A stretch of 11,295 bases of DNA from an uncultured archaeon (lineage in GTDB: Archaea; Thermoplasmatota; Penumbrarchaeia; JASLWR01): the NCBI GenBank assembly GCA_964342815.1, contig CAYFHS010000056.1:1-11295 (forward strand), in the 5' to 3' direction. The notes below the pieces were generated by a model. The model saw only the letters and a list, made by a program, of their open reading frames with translations. It was not told the DNA's origin and made no database searches. Numbering within the stretch: the stretch's first letter is position 1; each line of letters opens with the position of its first letter. This document shows, piece by piece, positions 7,453-11,295 of the stretch. Both the position numbers and the translations under genes were made by a program.

Positions 7453-8118
7453 ATGAGCATGTTGGTTACCACGAAATATTTGAACAGCGATCTATTAATG
7501 GCGCCCACCAAGATAGTATGCGTACTACGCAATTATCTTGAGCACGCTAAAGAGCTGAACAGTCCTGTCCCGGATAAAGTGAAATTCTTCCTCAAGCCGC
7601 CATCGTCACTTTTAGCTAACCGTGGTACCGTAATAATACCCGATTCCGTTGAATCGCTGCACCATGAGGTTGAGCTGGCGGTCCTCATTGGAAAGAGGGG
7701 GCGTTTTATTGATGTGGACAATGTGAAGGATCACGTCATGGCCTACACCGTAATACTGGATATGACGGCGCGGGACCTTCAGGGAAAGGCCAAAAAGGCG
7801 GGTTTGCCTTGGACGGAAGCGAAGGGATACGATACATTTGCTCCCTTTGGGCCGCGGGCATATCCCCCCGGGGAGTTCGACTGGCACCATAAGCGGATAT
7901 GGCTCGACGTCAATGGAGAGCGGAGGCAGGAGGGAAATACCAATGATATGCTGTTCAGCATAGAAAGGATCATCTCGGAGGTCAGCGAAGTAATGACCCT
8001 CGAGCCGGGAGATATCTTTTGTACGGGAACTCCACCCGGAGTGGGACCGGTCCGATCGGGTGATAGAATAACGGCGGGGATCGACGGTATGGAGCCGCTG
8101 ACCGTCACGGTGAAATAG
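7453..8118 (+). CDS. Fumarylacetoacetate hydrolase (FAH) family protein, FAHD1-like
   Basis: 221 aa with KIVCVxRNY..HAKEL, FFLKPPSSL, LHHEVELAV (metal-binding E-x-E), LDMTARD, AKGYDTF and LEPGDIFCTGTP motifs. Confidence 0.93.
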   Translation: MSMLVTTKYLNSDLLMAPTKIVCVLRNYLEHAKELNSPVPDKVKFFLKPPSSLLANRGTVIIPDSVESLHHEVELAVLIGKRGRFIDVDNVKDHVMAYTVILDMTARDLQGKAKKAGLPWTEAKGYDTFAPFGPRAYPPGEFDWHHKRIWLDVNGERRQEGNTNDMLFSIERIISEVSEVMTLEPGDIFCTGTPPGVGPVRSGDRITAGIDGMEPLTVTVK

Positions 8119-8235
8119 TTAACCTTTTTATTATTTTATAAATCAATTATTTTCAGGATTTTTCGACCAAACGCAGGTTGAAAAATTTTGTGGAATCATG
8201 GAAAGCCATACATCCTACTGCATTATCGAAATCAT

Positions 8236-8309
8236 CGAAAAGGATAAATGGTTAAACAGTCTATCTTTCATGGGAGCATTTCAAGCGGCCAACGATAACG
8301 TTAAGGTGA
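8236..8309 (+). promoter_or_regulatory. BRE/TATA-like promoter and SD of the histidine kinase gene
   Basis: CGAAAAG-GATAAAT at 8236-8249; GGTGA at 8305-8309, 7 nt before ATG 8317. Confidence 0.45.
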
Positions 8310-8316
8310 ACATGGA

Positions 8317-10203
8317 ATGAATGGTAAAGATAAAAACAATGATTCGTTAAAAGAGAGCGAGGAGAAGTATCGGAGCCTCATAGATTCCTCCTCCGACCAT
8401 ATTTTCATGCTCAATCTCCGTGGCACCTACATATACAGCAATAACAAGATAGCTCAATTCGGGTTGAAGCAGGGCGAATCATTAATAGGAAAACATATTC
8501 GCGATGTGTATGTAAACTTCATCTGTGATCATTATATGGAGCAATTTGAAAAAGTGATCACATTGGAAAAACCAATCACCTTCGAACATTTGATGCCTCA
8601 GCCCGACAAGGTCCTCTATCATCTGGATACTCTGTTTCCGCTTTTCCGGGAAAAATCCCTTATCTCAATCGGCGGTATATGCAGAGATATAACGGAAATC
8701 AAGGAAGTCCAGGAAGAATTGAAAATACTGTCGAATGCAATAGATCAATCGGCGGACATCGTTTTTATCACGGATCGAGGCGGAAATATCCAGTACGTAA
8801 ATCCAGCTTTTGAGCATGTCACCGGTTATTCCAGGGACGAAGCTATCGGAAAGAAGCCAGGGCTGCTGAATTCCGGACATATGCATCCTCATTTTCACCA
8901 GCAACTGTGGCGTACGGTAACAGGTGGAGAAGCCTTTCGTTCCATAGTGACCAACAAGAAAAAGAACGGTGAGTTATTCCAATATGACCAGACTATCACG
9001 CCGATTATAGGCAAAGACGGGCACATAACCCATTTCATTTCCACCGGTAAAGATATAACCGAGCGCATACGCATGGAAGATACCGTAAAACTGATGGACC
9101 AGGCCATAGAAGCCTCCATCAACGGAATCGCGATTACTGACCTGGAAATGAAGATAATACACGTAAACCCTTCATTCGTGCGAATGTGGGGATACGAGAG
9201 CAAGAAGGATATTCTGGCAGAATTCGACGTGGAGATATGGAGAGATTCCAACAAGAAAGGTGAGATTCTCGAATCACTGCACAAGGAAGGAAAATTCACG
9301 GAGGACATTAGCGCGGTAAAGAAGGACGGCACCCGTTTCGATGTGGAGATATCGGCCAACATGATCCTCAACGATAAGGGAGAGCCCATCTACATGATGG
9401 CCTCACTGGTGGACATAACCGAGAGAAAGCTCGCCGAGAAGGAACTGAATGAAAAGTATCTCGAGCTGAAAAGAACGAAGGAAGAGCTGGCGCTTGCCTA
9501 CAGGAATCTTCAGGAAACACAGGCGAAGCTGATCCAATCAGAAAAACTGGCCGGAATGGGAACACTTGCGGCAGGAGTGGCCCATGAGATCAACAATCCT
9601 CTTCAAGTGATAATAGGATATGCCGAGATGATAGACGCAACGGAACCGGAGCAGCTGCAAGAGGATTTGAATGAAATCCTAGGCGCAACGGACCGAATCC
9701 AATCGATTGTGAAGAATTTGACAAGTTACTCGAGGGACGTGACCACCACCGATCTTGAGCCCATCAATCTGAATGAAGTGATAAAAAAGAGTATCGAGAT
9801 GTCGCGGTTCAACAAGAATTTCAGGACTTTGACGCTTACGACCGAATATGGTGAAATTCCCAGAATACATGGAAACCAGGGTGAATTCCAGCAGGTCTTC
9901 ATAAACCTGATAGGAAATGCCGCCGATGCAATGGAAGGGAATGGCGATCTATCCATAAGAACCGAATTTGCAGACAGTATCGTGACTATCGAGGTGAGCG
10001 ATACGGGAACCGGGATTCCCAAAGAAAACCTCGGCAAAATATTCGATCCGTTCTTCACAACCAAGAAAGTGGGGAAAGGGACCGGATTGGGCCTTCATGT
10101 CATTCGGCAGATCGTTATCAAATACCATGGAAAGATAAATGTCGAGAGCGATCTTGAGAAAGGAACTTCATTCATTTTGAAATTCCCGATCTCCGGCAAA
10201 TGA
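8317..10203 (+). CDS. Soluble PAS-PAS-PAS sensor histidine kinase (HisKA + HATPase_c)
   Basis: 628 aa with three PAS/PAC repeats, each ending in a RDIT/KDIT/VDIT linker. A coiled coil leads to the H-box GVAHEINNPL, N-box QQVFINLIGNAADAM, G1 DTGTGI, F-box IFDPFFTTK and G2 GTGLGL. No TM helix is evident. Confidence 0.95.
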   Translation: MNGKDKNNDSLKESEEKYRSLIDSSSDHIFMLNLRGTYIYSNNKIAQFGLKQGESLIGKHIRDVYVNFICDHYMEQFEKVITLEKPITFEHLMPQPDKVLYHLDTLFPLFREKSLISIGGICRDITEIKEVQEELKILSNAIDQSADIVFITDRGGNIQYVNPAFEHVTGYSRDEAIGKKPGLLNSGHMHPHFHQQLWRTVTGGEAFRSIVTNKKKNGELFQYDQTITPIIGKDGHITHFISTGKDITERIRMEDTVKLMDQAIEASINGIAITDLEMKIIHVNPSFVRMWGYESKKDILAEFDVEIWRDSNKKGEILESLHKEGKFTEDISAVKKDGTRFDVEISANMILNDKGEPIYMMASLVDITERKLAEKELNEKYLELKRTKEELALAYRNLQETQAKLIQSEKLAGMGTLAAGVAHEINNPLQVIIGYAEMIDATEPEQLQEDLNEILGATDRIQSIVKNLTSYSRDVTTTDLEPINLNEVIKKSIEMSRFNKNFRTLTLTTEYGEIPRIHGNQGEFQQVFINLIGNAADAMEGNGDLSIRTEFADSIVTIEVSDTGTGIPKENLGKIFDPFFTTKKVGKGTGLGLHVIRQIVIKYHGKINVESDLEKGTSFILKFPISGK

Positions 10204-10206
10204 TGA

Positions 10207-10214
10207 TTTTTTTT
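10207..10214 (+). terminator. Oligo-T terminator candidate after the kinase gene
   Basis: T8 run directly after the tandem TGA TGA stops. Confidence 0.55.
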
Positions 10215-10396
10215 CACTCCGCGGTACCTCTCTAAAGAGTAAACTTTTTTCTACATGCAACAATATATTATCAATTTCTTACTCTCTCTCCCTCTGGGTA
10301 TCAGGGCGCCCCGGTCAATGTGATAATCTATCTACATACACCGGGGTGAAATTGAAAATCCATAAAATAATTATCCTCATGTTATTATAGCTGGTC

Positions 10397-10699
10397 TTGG
10401 TTGTGAACATTAATAGAGAATGTGAGATGTGTAATATGCCCATAAATACCGGAAAGATACTTACGATTTCTGCACAGGAATATTGCCACATGACGATTCA
10501 GAGTATCGCTGAATTTTATCCGCTTGGTCTCCACATACCCTTTTCAAAAGATGAAGATCCATTGGAAAAATTCAATGCGTATATTCCAAATAATGCCGAG
10601 GCGGTAGTCGGGTTCAGATTAACAATCTATGGCGATGTGAAATTACTTGAAGCTTATCATAGTGGTTTTGCATATGGCACCGTCCTCATACCGAAATAA
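10397..10699 (+). CDS. Small protein, possibly a divergent YbjQ/UPF0145 heavy-metal-binding-like family member
   Basis: 100 aa. The C-terminal AEAVVGFRL...AYGTVL resembles the YbjQ pattern ANAVVGVRF...AYGTAV; N-terminal CEMC. GAAAATC-CATAAAATA lies ~30 nt upstream. The start codon (TTG/GTG/ATG) is uncertain. Confidence 0.45.
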   Translation: MVVNINRECEMCNMPINTGKILTISAQEYCHMTIQSIAEFYPLGLHIPFSKDEDPLEKFNAYIPNNAEAVVGFRLTIYGDVKLLEAYHSGFAYGTVLIPK

Positions 10700-10740
10700 C
10701 CTTACTCGATCTTCCAGACACAGACCAACGCCCCTAAGGG

Positions 10741-10818
10741 TGTCGAGGATTGTGCCTCATTATATATATGTCGAGGAATCGTTATTCATTTAGCGATTCA
10801 TTTCAAAATGAGGGAGGT
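10741..10818 (+). promoter_or_regulatory. Promoter/operator region of the small Cys-rich gene
   Basis: TTATATATA at 10760-10768 is flanked by direct repeats TGTCGAGGA (10741-10749, 10769-10777). An inverted repeat GAATCG-N12-CGATTC lies at 10776-10799, and SD GGAGGT at 10813-10818. Confidence 0.55.
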
Positions 10819-10824
10819 CGTACA

Positions 10825-11034
10825 ATGTCTGATGCAAAGGTTTCAAAACATATCTTTTTCAGCGCTAAAAAGAAGATAGTAATGGACTCAAATTTTCATC
10901 CCACCGTAAGGTGTTTAAGCGGTAATTGCGGTGAGCACGTTGTACTCAAGAGAAATGATAACAATTTCCTTTTCGTTGGCCAATGCCCAAACTGTTCATG
11001 TTTCCACAGCACTCCTCCGGAAAATGTCGGATGA
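10825..11034 (+). CDS. Small Cys-rich, putative zinc-ribbon protein (69 aa)
   Basis: A strong GGAGGT SD 6 nt before ATG 10825 defines the start. Two Cys pairs (CLSGNC and CPNC) are separated by beta-like sequence, with a further C and H downstream. Confidence 0.65.
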   Translation: MSDAKVSKHIFFSAKKKIVMDSNFHPTVRCLSGNCGEHVVLKRNDNNFLFVGQCPNCSCFHSTPPENVG

Positions 11035-11070
11035 TTGAAAATCCTAAATAAAAATCTTTGCCGCCTACAA

Positions 11071-11295
11071 TTATGCACCTGTTTCCCCGTTTGCCGATCT
11101 GGCATTATACCGGTACTGAAATCCGTACCTTTCAGCGGGATCACGCCGCCTTTCAACAACCCCTTGCATTCTTAGCCTTTTTAGAGCCAGTAGTACCGAA
11201 CCTCTGGATGCGTCTACATTCTGACTTATCTCGCATGAAGTAGACCATTCACCCTCGCTGCCCTCGAGAATTTCTAGCACGTCAGCCTGTCCCAT
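11071..11295 (-). CDS. Small winged helix-turn-helix DNA-binding protein
   Basis: 74 aa: helix (QADVLEIL), HTH (TSCEISQNVDASRGSVLLALKRLRMQGVV) and wing (ERRRDPAERYGFQYRY). The ATG is at the window edge, so an N-terminal extension cannot be excluded. Confidence 0.8.
   Translation of the reverse strand: MGQADVLEILEGSEGEWSTSCEISQNVDASRGSVLLALKRLRMQGVVERRRDPAERYGFQYRYNARSANGETGA

Noticed and set aside
1820-10064. Numerous alternative-frame and antisense ORFs (e.g. 4339-4974, 6303-6620, 6770-7171, 8895-9389, 9726-10064)
   Set aside because: They fully overlap well-supported genes and have no motifs or translation signals; they are shadow ORFs.
10200-10240. ATGATGA resembling a C box of a C/D sRNA
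   Set aside because: It is formed by the kinase's tandem stop codons, and no CTGA D box follows at a suitable distance.
447-10699. A single metal-homeostasis system linking the CDF, DUF2085, His-rich PAS kinase and YbjQ-like gene
   Set aside because: The genes are in separate transcription units, interspersed with unrelated enzymes, and share no convincing operator.
10750-10824. TTG start at 10750 giving a 94-aa version of the zinc-finger protein
   Set aside because: It overlaps the TATA box; the strong SD supports ATG 10825.

Overview
Gene-dense, mostly housekeeping/accessory window from a probable archaeon. Supporting signals are GGTGA/GGAGG ribosome-binding sites, TATA-like boxes 25-35 nt before starts, oligo-T terminators, an acidic lipoprotein and a DUF2085 protein. 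A Thermoplasmatota-like lineage is my inference only. Gene order: an unexplained ~380 nt repeat-rich segment; CDF metal transporter with a C-terminal helix-hairpin-helix-like extension (+); MFS transporter (+); lipoprotein (-); M24 Xaa-Pro peptidase (+); secreted, C-terminally anchored protein (+); flavin reductase-DUF2085 pair (-); FAA-hydrolase family protein (+); three-PAS histidine kinase with no response regulator in view (+); then three small genes (YbjQ-like, Cys-rich zinc-finger-like, winged HTH) with dense palindromes and repeats. No tRNA, rRNA, CRISPR array or recognisable transposase/integrase was seen. The best leads are the CDF-HhH fusion with apparently remodelled cytosolic metal sites, the small-gene cluster at the right end and the unexplained left-end segment. 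All family calls are by-eye motif recognition, not database searches.
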